This document shows positions 48,315 to 58,908 of a stretch of 64,000 nucleotides of DNA, piece by piece (position 1 is the first letter of the stretch; each line of letters starts with the position of its first letter). The notes beneath the pieces are model-generated. The model made no database searches, was not told the DNA's origin, and saw nothing but the letters and a program-made list of their open reading frames with translations. Source of the stretch: a bacterium (GTDB taxonomy: Bacteria > UBA8248 > JACPRG01 > G963555815); the NCBI GenBank assembly GCA_965218795.1, contig OZ244653.1, forward strand, positions 2,656,001 to 2,720,000. The letters are read 5' to 3'. Position numbers and translations under genes: made by a program.

Positions 48315-49676
48315 CCTGGACGCTCTCATATTTGTCAAGTATTAGTTGAGGCGGTAAGGACCCGGTAGATTTCGCGGGCCACGTAGCGCTTCAGACAACG
48401 CATCACCTCTCGTTTGGACAGTCCTTCCTGGGTACGCCGCGCAACGTAGGCTCGGGTTTGCTGGTCGGTCCGCATCCGGCAGATGACGACCATGTGCAGG
48501 GCTGAGTTGGCTTGGCGGTTCCCGCCGCGGTTGAGGCGGTGGCGTTGCGTCTTCCCGCTTGAGGCTGGGATTGGGCAGGCGCCACACATCATCGCGAAGC
48601 TCGCCTCGGAGCGCAGCCGGTCCGAATTCTCCCCCGCGGCGACCATCAGTTCGCCAGCGTTCTCGATTCCCACGCCTTCGAGCTGGAGCAGATTGGGCGC
48701 GAGCTCCTCGACCAGCGGACCGATGAATCGATCGAGGTCGGCGATCTCGTCGTTCAGGTCCAGGATCCTGCGGGCGAGGGACTTCAGCGAGAGCCTGGTC
48801 GCGACCACCGGGTCTCGGTATCCCACGGTGTCCGGCCTCCAAGCCGCACAAGTGCGCAGGCGCTGCATCCGGGTGAGATGGCGGACTTGGTCGCGCACCT
48901 CCTCGGGTGCAGCGACGATCGTGTTGTGAAGCTGCTGCAGTGCCGCACGACGGCACTTCATCGCCGTCTTTCGAGTCGTGCGCAGCACCCGCAAGGCTTC
49001 CACCGCACCGCAACGGTCTTTGGCCACCTGCACGCGACGTCTGGTTCGAGCCGCCTCAGCCACCGCGACCGCATCGAGCACATCGTCTTTGCCTTTGGCT
49101 CTTCGACCCGCTCGGTCGGGACCGGTCACCTCGAGCACGGGCACGCCCGACAGCGCCAGGTGGCGGGTAATGCCGGCCCCGTAAGTCCCCGTGGATTCGA
49201 CCCCTACGCGAAGCAACTCCCCGTGAGACCGGAACCAGCGAAGCATCGCCCGGTAGCCGGCCCGGGTGGTGGAGAACAATTCGGTGCCGAGTACTGCTCC
49301 ATCAAGGTCCACAATGGCAGCGGTGTGCAGGTCCTGGTGGGTATCGACGCCTCCGATGATCTCATTGCGCTCCGGTATCCTGTTCGTCATGTCCGCTCTC
49401 CGATCTATGATGGGTGAAGGGATCGGAACCGAACTCAGCCGATGTCGGACACGACAGGGAAGGGACGCCTTGGGCCAGGCTCTCATCAGGTCACGATGTC
49501 GGTCGAGGTCGGAACCTCAACCGGTTGCCCCTGGGTGGCCGACAAGTCAAGGGAACGACACCACGGTCAACCAGAGTGTGGGTCAAGCCACCCTGGGGCG
49601 GCCGGCCCTACAAGCCTAAATGCATTACTCGCGGTACGGGTCAGACCACCTCAGGTAACCGGCCCTCACATACTCC
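48315..49676 (-). mobile_element. IS110-family element, apparently intact, GG core
   Basis: Removing it and one GG restores IS3 orfB GAC AGG GGC TCG CAG; about 285-bp non-coding left end. Confidence 0.88.
48335..49390 (-). CDS. IS110 DEDD recombinase
   Basis: GGVDTH, GVESTG, KDDVLDA, PASSGK, HRLNRGGNRQANSALH, RCLKRYVARE. Confidence 0.93.
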   Translation of the reverse strand: MTNRIPERNEIIGGVDTHQDLHTAAIVDLDGAVLGTELFSTTRAGYRAMLRWFRSHGELLRVGVESTGTYGAGITRHLALSGVPVLEVTGPDRAGRRAKGKDDVLDAVAVAEAARTRRRVQVAKDRCGAVEALRVLRTTRKTAMKCRRAALQQLHNTIVAAPEEVRDQVRHLTRMQRLRTCAAWRPDTVGYRDPVVATRLSLKSLARRILDLNDEIADLDRFIGPLVEELAPNLLQLEGVGIENAGELMVAAGENSDRLRSEASFAMMCGACPIPASSGKTQRHRLNRGGNRQANSALHMVVICRMRTDQQTRAYVARRTQEGLSKREVMRCLKRYVAREIYRVLTASTNT

Positions 49677-50302
49677 CTGTCCGAATGATGCACGACCCCA
49701 TAGGGCCGGCGCTGTCCCAGCGCCATGTTGAGCGCCCCGAGCACCAGCTCGGTGCGAAGATGATGGGCCATGCACCACCCTACGATCCGGCGACTGAACA
49801 CGTCGAGCACGATGGCCAGGTACACGAACCCCGTCCAGGTCGGCACGTAGGTGATGTCGGCCACCCAAATCCGGTCCGGCGCATCGGCCTGGAACTGGCG
49901 TTCGACCCGGTCCGGGACCGCACGATGACTCGGGTCCAGACGCGTGGTGCGCGTGCCCCGGCGCCGGCTCACCCCGGCCAAGCCCGCCTCGCGCATCAGA
50001 CGAGCCACCCGTTTGCGGCCCACCCGGCAGCAGCCGCCGGCCATCAGCCCGGCATGCACCCGAGGCGCCCCGTACGTGCCGCCAGATGCCTCGTGGATGG
50101 CCCGGATCGTGCCCCCCAACGCCTCGTCGTGCTTCGCACGATTGGAACGCCCACGGCTTCGCCACGTGTAGTACCCGCTGGAGGAGACACCCAGCACCCG
50201 GCACATCGTGGCCACCCGATGACAGGCCTGGTTCGCCTTCACGAGCCCGAAGACCTCCCCGGCACCGAGCCGGTCTCCCGTGCGAACCAGACCGCGGCTT
50301 TC

Positions 50303-51668
50303 CTAAGAAACTGCCTCCGCACCCTCCTGCAGAACATACCCCAGAGAAGCGGCCCGTCGGCGAAGATTCTTCACCACACGCTGACGATAACGCTCTTCAT
50401 AGTATGAAGCGCCGGGATCCACATACTTCTGCCCATATCGCAGCGTGTTGTATAGCAGGACCGCAATCTTTCGGGCGGTGGCAGTCACCGCCTTGGCCTT
50501 GCCGATCCGCGCCGACAATCGACGATAGAACGCTCCGAGCGCGGTCTCGGTCCTGCCCACCGCCACCGCCGCCAGACGCAGCACCGCAGCGGCCCGATTC
50601 GACGTACGGCGCGTTCTCGAGGCCAGAACGCGTCCACCGGAGATCTTGTTCGCCGGCGCCAATGCAAGCCACGACGTGAAGTGCTTCGCGCTCGGCCATC
50701 GAGACATATCCGTCCCACATTCGGCGATGATCTTCAGCGCAAGGTAGGGGCCGACTCCGTGAATCTGGGTCAGGTCTACGCCGAGCAACGCATACAGGGC
50801 GCCTCGTACGTCGAAGTTCAATCCGTTGGGCTGACGCGCCTTGTGCCGAGGCGCGGGCAGCGCCGCCGACGGCTCATCGACGCCATCACTGAGGCGACCC
50901 AGGACCGCCTCGATTTCCTGGTCGCAGCGAGCCACTTGTGCTTGATACACATCGTACAGCTCCAGGGCCTGTCTCAGCGCAAAGACGTGCTCGCGTTGGT
51001 AATGCCCGACAAGCGCTTCACGGATCGTCTCGCGTGAGGATTTACAACGGCTGTCGCGCCATGCCGCGAGTAAGTCGGGGTCGACGACCCCCGACGCGAT
51101 CGCCCGAATCATCCGCAGCCCCGTCACCCCCGTGATGTCGGACACAACATGGTGAAGCTGAACATTCATCTGGGTCAGCGCCTTTTGCATGTGTTGAATG
51201 TGCGCCGCTGCATAGTCGCAGGAGGCGCTCGCGCTGTCTCAGGTAAGACCGCAACTCTGCGATCCCGCGAGTGGGGCGAAAACTGGCTCGCAACAAACCG
51301 TACTGGTGCAGCTGCTGCAGCCACTGCGCATCGTTCACGTCACTCTTGCGTCCCGGAACCGTCTTCACCTCCCGAGCGTTCACCACGATCACTTCCAATC
51401 CATGCTCTTGAAGGATCTCGAACAACGGGATCCAGTAAACGCCCGTGGACTCCATCGCGACCGTCTCGACCCCAGCCTCTTCGAACCAGTCGGCAAGACG
51501 CTGCAGGTCGTTGGTAAAGGTCTTGAAGGTGCGTACGGGCTCGTCAGTACCCTTCGATCCCACCGCGGCCACATGGATTCGCGACCCAATGTCCACCCCC
51601 GCCGCATTGGGATGGACCACCGTCATGCCTCGGGAAGAACGTTTCGTCCTGCGCTTTGTACTCGCCAT
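50303..51668 (-). pseudogene. IS110 recombinase with +1 frameshift near 51218
   Basis: GVDIG, MESTGVYW, KSDVNDAQW, then MQKALTQMN..SAKHFTSWL..ISGG..TATARKIA in another frame. Confidence 0.88.
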
Positions 51669-51915
51669 GGGTCCCTCTCCTTAATCATGTTGGGAGATGT
51701 CCGAGAGGCGGGACGGCGGTTCCCATCATTTTCCTAATCGGGCTCGTCGATCGACGGCGCCACAGTCAAGTCCGCAGCAGTCCCTGAACCACGTTTTTTG
51801 CGGGGTCATGATCCTCCAAAAAGCTGACGGTTGCTCCCCCCGGACATCGCACATTCTACGCTGCCCACCAAGTTTCCATTCGTCCAGGAAGACGCCGTCT
51901 TGTCCCGTTTTTTAG
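50306..51915 (-). mobile_element. Second IS110-family element, CT core, inserted in IS3 orfA
   Basis: Removing it and one CT restores GAG ATC CTT AGG AAA GCC (EILRKA); about 245-bp non-coding left end. Confidence 0.88.
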
Positions 51916-52357
51916 GATCTCCCGCTCTTCGCGAAGCTGACGGACCTCTCGACGAAGCCGCCGCAGCTCCTCGAGCTCCGTACTTGTCAGACCGTCCTCA
52001 CGACGGCCCTCGTCGCGGTCGGCCTGGCGCACCCAGTTGCGAATCACCGAAGCAGAACACTCGAACTCCCGGGCCAGCTCCCCGGGCGTACGGCCCGAGC
52101 GAACCAACTCGACCATCTGGCGCCGCTACTCCGGCGCGTAGGGCGAATGAGTCTTTCGCATCTGAACACCTCCTGCGCACACTCTGAAGGTGTCCACGAA
52201 AACGGGGCAAATCCAACACAAAGATGGATAGCTTTAAGAGAAGTCGTGAACATTAAAACAGACTTGGCGCGGGCGAGTGTGGTTCACGCCTGCACCCGGC
52301 TTTCCTGCCACCGGGTTTCCCCTACAGGGTCCATCCGCCACCTCGCGCGCGCCTTGT

Positions 52358-52393
52358 GACTATTCGATATTAGTCCTATACTTTCTGTACAAT
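52358..52393 (+). promoter_or_regulatory. Possible metal-regulator operator and -10 box
   Basis: GACTA-N8-TAGTC at 52358-52375; TACAAT at 52388-52393. Confidence 0.35.
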
Positions 52394-52427
52394 TGCGAGG
52401 AGGTCAACGCCGCATCGGGGCACGGCC

Positions 52428-52727
52428 ATGAAGATGTCGACGCGAAAATTGTGGATGCGCCTGCTGTGTGCGGGTTTTCTGGCATGCTTCTTCGCCGTCG
52501 GGCCGGTCGTCCACGCTTACCTGCATCCCCACGAAGTCCATCAGAACTCGACCTGTCCCTCGACGGGTTTCACGCTTTCCATCGATTCCAACGCCCGTCA
52601 CATGCCCCTTCCAGGCTCTCTGGGGAAAGGGCGGCCTCATTCCATCCCGCGCCGGGCCGCCTGGCGCCTCATCCGTGAATTCGCCCTCAACGTCACACGG
52701 GGACCTCCCGCCACGCCGCCGACTTGA
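52428..52727 (+). CDS. DUF2946-like leader protein with His cluster and C-terminal RGPP motif
   Basis: Hydrophobic N-terminus, HAYLHPHEVH..C, RGPP at 52698-52709, directly upstream of metal-uptake genes. Confidence 0.6.
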   Translation: MKMSTRKLWMRLLCAGFLACFFAVGPVVHAYLHPHEVHQNSTCPSTGFTLSIDSNARHMPLPGSLGKGRPHSIPRRAAWRLIREFALNVTRGPPATPPT

Positions 52728-52784
52728 CGCCTGATTCCGGTCCGACTCTGAGCAGCGGACCCATGTTTGGCAGCTTGAAGGGGA

Positions 52785-54203
52785 GTGGTCCCAATGAAGA
52801 ACCGAAAAGCGCTTGCGGCGCTTGTTGCGGCTGCATTTCTATTCTTGTCCGGCCCGCCGGCCCAGGCCGTGACAGAGGCCGACATCCAACAAATGAAACA
52901 GGAGATGAAGGCCCTCCAACTGCGCCTGGAGCAGATGCAGAAACTCATCGAGAAGCAGGAGAAGGCCCTTCAGGCGGTCGAGGAAAAGCAGGAGGCGAAG
53001 GAAAGGGCCAAGGCCGAAGCCAGTCCAGGCGCGACCACGGAGACCGGGGTCAGCCGGGCGCTGAACCCGGCCATCAGCGTGAACGGCCTGCTCCTGGGCG
53101 CGGCCGTGAAAAACGGCCGGGAGGACAGTCAGGAGCCCGGCCTATCCGTCCAGGAGGTAGAGATTCAGGCCACGGCGTTTGTCGACCCCAACGTGAAAGG
53201 GCATCTGACGGCCGCCTTCCATGGGGGACACCACGAAGACGCAGGCGGCCACCTGGCCGGACTCCAGTTTGAATTGGAAGAGTTCTACTTCGACATCTTC
53301 GGTCTTCCCGCGGCGCTCCAGTCCGAAGGCTTTGCAGGTCAGATCGAGGGGGTCTCGGCCCGAATCGGCAAGAGCTTCGTGCCTTTTGGAAAGAGCAACC
53401 CCCTGCATACGCATCAGCTTCCGTTCATCGACCGGCCCATTGTAACGGAGAAGATATTCGGCGATGAGAAACTGAACGAGGTCCTCGCCATGGCGAACGT
53501 CTCCCTCCCGCTGCCTTTCTTCCTGGAGCTCCAGGGGGCGGTCATGGACGGAGCGAACGAAGACCTGTTCAACAGCCCGCGCTCGAAGGACCTGGCCGGT
53601 TTTCTGCGCGCGCATACCGTTCTGGACGTGACGTCGGATACCACGGTCGAGTTGGGCGGCTCCTACACCTGGGGCGAAGACGAGGAGCTTCGCCTGAACC
53701 AGGTGTTCGGCGCGGATCTGACCCTCAAGGCGGTCCGAGGGCTGGCCAAGTGGCCGCACCAAGCCATCTGGACCACCGAGTACGTGCAAAACGTCCGGGA
53801 TGAGGGAATGGGCATGGAAGACCGCAGGCGGGGCGGCCTCTACACCGGCCTGCAAGTCCAGGTTCACCGGAACTGGTGGCTCCAGGCACGGTACGATTAC
53901 TTCGGCATTCCGAAGCTCGAAAGCGCCCTTGAGGAAGATGAAGGTGAGGAACATGAGGAGGAGGGGAACGGGGACGAGGATGAAGAGATTGGGCACATGG
54001 ATGAAGGGCATGGGAATGAGGGTGAGGAATATGAGGGATGGCGGGCCACGTTCCTGGCCGCCCTCGTTCCCAACGAGTTTTCGGCCATCCGTTTCCAGTA
54101 CAGCTACACGCACGACGACAACCCGGCCGTGGAGGACGGCGAGCACGAATTCCTGATCCAGTTCAACTACACCTTCGGCTCCCATCCCGCGCACCTCTAT
54201 TGA
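52785..54203 (+). CDS. Outer-membrane beta-barrel metal-uptake protein
   Basis: Signal peptide, coiled coil, LNPAISV, FGKSNPLHTH, Glu/His-rich loop, C-terminal GSHPAHLY. Confidence 0.75.
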   Translation: MVPMKNRKALAALVAAAFLFLSGPPAQAVTEADIQQMKQEMKALQLRLEQMQKLIEKQEKALQAVEEKQEAKERAKAEASPGATTETGVSRALNPAISVNGLLLGAAVKNGREDSQEPGLSVQEVEIQATAFVDPNVKGHLTAAFHGGHHEDAGGHLAGLQFELEEFYFDIFGLPAALQSEGFAGQIEGVSARIGKSFVPFGKSNPLHTHQLPFIDRPIVTEKIFGDEKLNEVLAMANVSLPLPFFLELQGAVMDGANEDLFNSPRSKDLAGFLRAHTVLDVTSDTTVELGGSYTWGEDEELRLNQVFGADLTLKAVRGLAKWPHQAIWTTEYVQNVRDEGMGMEDRRRGGLYTGLQVQVHRNWWLQARYDYFGIPKLESALEEDEGEEHEEEGNGDEDEEIGHMDEGHGNEGEEYEGWRATFLAALVPNEFSAIRFQYSYTHDDNPAVEDGEHEFLIQFNYTFGSHPAHLY

Positions 54204-54218
54204 TGGGAGGATCGGAAA

Positions 54219-55142
54219 TTGCAAAAACGACTTGGATGGATTTGGACCTGGGCGGCGGTCCTGTGGTTCGTGTCTCCCGCAGGGGCTCAGATCAAGGCCG
54301 TCGCCACCCTCCCGGACTTGGGCATGATCCTGAAAACGGTCGGCGGCGACCGGGTGCGCGTCCATACCGTGGCCCGGGGAGACCAGGACCCGCACTACGT
54401 TCCGGCCAAACCCTCCCTTCTGCGAAAATTCCGAGGGGCCCGCTTCTTGGTGTACAACGGCATGGAGCTGGAGATCGGCTGGCTTCCCCTGCTGCTCCAA
54501 GGGGCCCGGAATCCCCGCCTCCGGTCGGGAAGTCCGGGGGTCTTCAACGCGTCGTCGTCGATCGGCAGGGTGCTTGAGGTGCCCGCGGGGCAGCTGTCCC
54601 GGGCCCAGGGAGACATTCATCCCGAGGGCAACCCGCATTACACCCTGGACCCGCGGAACGGCGTCCGGGTGGCCAAGGCGTTGGCCGAGCGGCTCGGCCG
54701 GTTGGACGCGGGAGGGGCCGGCGTCTACCGCGCCAACGCCAAAGCCTTCGTTGACCGGCTCTCCGGGAAAATCAAGGGCTGGGAGGAGCGCCTCGCTCCT
54801 TATCAAGGGCGCGAGGTGGTGACCTACCACCGTGTCTGGTCCTATTTCTTCGATTGGGCCGGCCTGCAATACGCGGGCGTGATCGAGGACAAGCCCGGCA
54901 TTCCGGCCTCCCCGATTCACGTCACCCAGCTGGTCAAAACGATGCGGGCCCGAGATGTGAGAACCGTCTTCGTTGCGAATTACACGCCGCCCAGGATCGC
55001 ACGCCGCCTCGCGAAACGCGCCGGCGCACGGGTCGTCATCCTCCCGGCGCAGGCTGGGGCCGAAGGAGGCGCTGAAACCTATAAAGCCTGGATGGACTCC
55101 CTCGTGGCGAAGGTCACCGAAGGGCTGAAACAAGGGAAATGA
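54219..55142 (+). CDS. Zn/Mn ABC substrate-binding protein (ZnuA-like)
   Basis: QDPHYV, NGMELEIGWL, GDIHPEGNPHYTLDP, TYH, EDKPGIP. Confidence 0.92.
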   Translation: MQKRLGWIWTWAAVLWFVSPAGAQIKAVATLPDLGMILKTVGGDRVRVHTVARGDQDPHYVPAKPSLLRKFRGARFLVYNGMELEIGWLPLLLQGARNPRLRSGSPGVFNASSSIGRVLEVPAGQLSRAQGDIHPEGNPHYTLDPRNGVRVAKALAERLGRLDAGGAGVYRANAKAFVDRLSGKIKGWEERLAPYQGREVVTYHRVWSYFFDWAGLQYAGVIEDKPGIPASPIHVTQLVKTMRARDVRTVFVANYTPPRIARRLAKRAGARVVILPAQAGAEGGAETYKAWMDSLVAKVTEGLKQGK

Positions 55143-56002
55143 GCGACTTCATCGGCCTCATGGCCGCGCCTTTCAGCGCCTGCCTGATCCTGGTCGGGAT
55201 CCATACCTATCTGGGCCTGCACGTTCTGGAACGGGAGGTCATCTTCGTGGACCTGGCGCTCGCGCAGGTGGCCGCGCTTGGGGCGGTGGCCGGAACGCTC
55301 CTAGGGCTCGAGATCCACGGGGCCGGCGCGTACGCCTTCTCCCTGGCCGCCACGTTCATCGGGGCGGTCCTTTTCACACTGACAAGGCCGCGGGAAGGCC
55401 CGGGCAAAAGCCGCGTTCCGCACGAAGCCATGATTGGAATCGTCTACGCGGTGTCGGCCTCGGCCATGATCCTCGTTCTCGCGCGGGCCCCCCGGGGGGC
55501 GGAGCACGTTCAAGAGCTTCTGGTGGGAGCGATCCTCTGGGTGACCTGGGAGGAGGTGGCGAAGACGGCGGGCATCTATATCCTGGTCGGCGCCTTCCAC
55601 TGGATCTTTCGGACAAGGTTCCTCCTGGTCAGCCGAAACCCGGAGGCCGCACGCACCCAAGGGGTCTCCGTGATACTCTGGGATTTTCTCTTTTACGCTT
55701 CCTTCGGATTCGTCGTCACCAGCTCCGTGGGATTGGCGGGGGTGCTGCTCGTCTTCTGCATCCTGATCATCCCGGCCGCGGCGGCGGCCTACGTGGCCGA
55801 GTCCACCTCCCTTCGCCTGGCCATCGGCTGGGCGTTCGGCACGGTGGGAAGCATGGGAGGCGTGGCCCTCTCTTACACGCTCGATCTGCCAACGGGCGCG
55901 GCCGTGGTCTGCACCCTGGGCGTGCTGCTGCCCATCTTCAAAATTCTATCCAAACTCAAGACCGCCGGTTTTCATTCCAACGAAGCAAGAATCGGCCGTT
56001 AA
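55139..56002 (+). CDS. Zn/Mn ABC permease (ZnuB-like)
   Basis: VIFVDLALAQ, EAMIGIVYA, GVLLVFCILIIPA, DLPTGAAVV. Confidence 0.9.
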   Translation: MSDFIGLMAAPFSACLILVGIHTYLGLHVLEREVIFVDLALAQVAALGAVAGTLLGLEIHGAGAYAFSLAATFIGAVLFTLTRPREGPGKSRVPHEAMIGIVYAVSASAMILVLARAPRGAEHVQELLVGAILWVTWEEVAKTAGIYILVGAFHWIFRTRFLLVSRNPEAARTQGVSVILWDFLFYASFGFVVTSSVGLAGVLLVFCILIIPAAAAAYVAESTSLRLAIGWAFGTVGSMGGVALSYTLDLPTGAAVVCTLGVLLPIFKILSKLKTAGFHSNEARIGR

Positions 56003-56181
56003 CAAAAAGAGGCGGACCCCAACCGCGCGGCCCGCTTCCTCGACGCGGGCATCAAGGACGGCTGGGCCGCGTGCCGGGTCGCGCTGCGAGGCGGCCTTTC
56101 CGCATATCGACGCGTCCCGGAGAGCGAACCCCGGAGGGTTTCCTGTTTCCGAAGTACGCCGAAGGACGATGCCAGAACTCT

Positions 56182-56680
56182 ATGGCCGGTTCCGAAGGGC
56201 CGCGGGTGGGTGTACTCTTCAAGTCTTACGAAACGCTGGAGCAGATTGCAGCCTACGCCAGGATGACCGAAGAGGTGAACCTGACGGGCGGCTTCTGGAT
56301 CGCTGAAGCCTACCACTGGTTCCGCAACTACGGACACGAGTGCCGCGAGCCGTGGTCACCCTTGCGACGGCCGCTCAAGGACGGAGCGCATTCCCATAGG
56401 TGCGGGCATTGTCTCTCCCTATATCCGGCATCCGACGGTACAAGCCGCCGAGGCTGCAGCCTTGGACGAGCTTTCAGAGGGCCGGTTCATCATGGGGATG
56501 GGTGCCGGCAAGGTGGAGATCAACTACCTGGAAACGGATCTGCAAAAGGCGACGCCTGTTCGGGTCCACCAGGAATCCATTGAAATCTTTCGGGGGATCA
56601 TCCGGGATGAGGCCTTCTCCTGTGAGGTAGAGATTTTCCGCGCGTCGGTCCCTTCCGTCGATCCGTCTAAGACAAGGCAC
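56182..56680 (+). pseudogene. LLM-class flavin-dependent oxidoreductase, frameshifted and IS-truncated
   Basis: FWIAEAYHW, IVSPYIRHP..LDELSEGRFIMGMGAG. Confidence 0.75.
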
Positions 56681-57932
56681 TGACCAGACCGAGTTTTTGT
56701 ACCGCTTTTTGGGAGAGAGTTTACATGACAGCCTGAGGCTGTGAAACCGGTTTGGGGGGAAGGAATGGAGTGCAGACCTCCGGCGCCGGGGGCCTGTAAT
56801 TCAGCGCCGAGTGCGGTCTCCGGGTGTTATCTTCCTCCCGCCAAGGCTCAATCACAATCTGGGCCTCCTTCAACGAATAGAAGATCTCACCATTCAGGCA
56901 TTCGTCTCTCAGCTTCCCATGGAAACGCTCACAATACCCATTCTCCCAGGGACTGCCGGGTTCGATGGATAACGTTCCGGTCCCAAGCTTCTCCAGCCAC
57001 TGGCGCAAGTCCCGGGCCAGAAACTCTGGGCCGTTGTCGGATCGAATATGCTCCGGGACCCCTTGCCACACCATCACGTCCGACAACGTCTCGATCACCT
57101 CCGGGCTGCCTATCCTCCGCTCGACTCGGATGGCCAGGCATTCCCTCGTAACCTCGTCCAGCAGCGTCAGAAGCCGCAGCGTTCTTCCATCGTGCGTTCT
57201 GGCGCTGACAACAATCATAGCTCCAGACGTGGTTCCGATGCTCCGGCCGCAGTCGCACACAGGAACCGCCGTTCAGCCAGAGCCGTCTTCGGGGCCTTTG
57301 TTGCTGCGGCACTTTCAAACCTTCCCGCCGCCAGATTCGCTGCACCCGATCCTTCCCCACCGGCCAGCCCGAGCTCTGCAGCAACGCCGTGATTCGTCGA
57401 TAGCCGTACCGCCCGTACTGCGCCGCCAGAGCCATCACCGCTCGTGTCAGCTCATCCTCGTCCAACCGATCCATCGGCCGGTATCGTTGCGTTCCCCTCC
57501 ATTGCCCCAGCAGCCGGCAGGCGCGCCGTTCCGACAGGCCATACTTCCCCCGCGCACACTCCACCGCGCAACGTCGCCGCTCAGGGCTCAGAAGTTTCCC
57601 TGGGCTACGTCCCGTAGCACTTGCTTCTCCAGCGACAACTCGGCCACCAGTCGCTTCAACCGCGTATTTTCCTTCTCCAGCTCCTTCAGCCGTTTCGCCT
57701 GATCCAGCTTCAGCCCTCCATATTCCTTCCGCCAGCGGTAATAAGTCTGGGTGTGGATGCCGGCTTCCTTGCAGGCTTCGGGAGCCGTCTTCCCGTTTGC
57801 CATCTGCACTTCGATCTGCCGCAGCAAGGTCACAATCTTCTCTGCTTTGTACTTTCGGACCGGCATGTCCAGCTTCCTCCTTCGTGAGATCCTCTCTCAC
57901 TTCTGCTGGTACAAAAAACGCCGGTCAGGTCA
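56681..57932 (-). mobile_element. IS3-family (IS407 group) element; orfA 57866-57588, orfB frameshifted
   Basis: IRs TGACCAGACCGAGTTTTTGTACC and GGTACAAAAAACGCCGGTCAGGTCA; LSERRAC, YGYRRI, WSYD, SDNGPEF, PGSPWENG. Confidence 0.9.
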
Positions 57933-58908
57933 TGTGTGGCTCGCATACTTGATTTCATCTCGTAAGATGAGGAATGGATGCGGATCAGAAGAAGCGCCTG
58001 GGCTTGATCGAGTTGTATGAGGCAACCGGCGACGCGGGCCTCGTTTGCCGGCGCTGCGGTATTTCCCGACCGACCCTGCGTAAATGGCAACGGAGATACG
58101 ACGAGCTCGGCGTTGATGGCCTGAAGAGCCGGAGCAGGCGTCCTCACCGGTCTCCGGCTCGAGCGGCGGCTTGGGATAAAGCAGCTCAGAAGCGAGCCAT
58201 TCGTCGTCACGACCTTCGCCTCTCGCTTGAGACGATCCACAAGGTCCTGGAGCAGCATGGGGTCAACGTTCTCGAACGCAAACGGTCTTGGCGGAAGAGG
58301 AACAAACGCTATGTCCGGCCCGTCCCGGGGGACCGCGTCCAGATGGATGTCTGTTAGATCGCCCCGGCCCTGTATCCATATACGGCGATAGACGATTGCA
58401 GCCGCTACAAGGTGTTGGGGATTTATCCGCGCCGCACGGCCTCGAACACCCTTGACTTCCTTGAGCAGGTGCTTGAGGAGATGCCTTTCCCCATACAGCG
58501 GTTCCAGACGGACCGTGGCCGCGAGTTCTTCGCCTGCAAGGTCCAGCAACGCCTCATGGAATGGGCGATCAAGTTCGGTCCGATCAAGCCTCGGTCACCC
58601 CATCTGAACGGCAAGGTCGAGCGCAGCCAGAAGACCGATCTGCATGAGTTCTGGTCAACCGTCGATCGGAAGGCAGCCGATCTTCAACAGCAACTGGCTG
58701 AATGGCAGCACTTCTCCAACTGGCATCGACCCCATACGACCCTTAATGGCCGTTCACCCATTGATCGTGTTTGCGACCTGCTGTCGAAAACGCCCCTGTC
58801 CGAAGACGTCTACGCCGCGTTCGATCCGACAAAGGAGCGGATCCGACACCAGAACTACGTCATCGATCAGAAGCTACGTGAATTGAAATGATCTGTGCGA
58901 ACACCACA
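57933..58908 (+). mobile_element. IS481-family element, inactivated
   Basis: TGT...ACA imperfect IRs; CGISRPTLRKW, PGDRVQMDVC then TAG at 58355, QTDRGREF, NGKVERSQKTD. Confidence 0.85.

Larger units (their letters stand above)
47834..52215 (-). mobile_element. IS3-family element interrupted by two IS110 insertions
   Basis: IRs TGGAGTTACCCCGTTTTTGTGGACA (47834) and TGTCCACGAAAACGGGGCAAATCCA (ends 52215); orfA from 52161 has an internal TAG; orfB is split at HSDR|GSQY; no flanking duplication. Confidence 0.92.

Noticed and set aside
49391-49674. Specific guide sequences for the first IS110
   Set aside because: Only short or inconsistent matches (e.g. GACAGGGA, GCTCTCAT), not distinguishable from chance by eye.
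51200-51230. Programmed frameshift in the second IS110 (and in estA near 61693)
   Set aside because: No slippery run at either site. A single-base insertion or sequencing error is more likely.
53930-54040. GAG/GAA-rich low-complexity DNA as a repeat element
   Set aside because: Explained by the Glu/His-rich loop of the outer-membrane protein.
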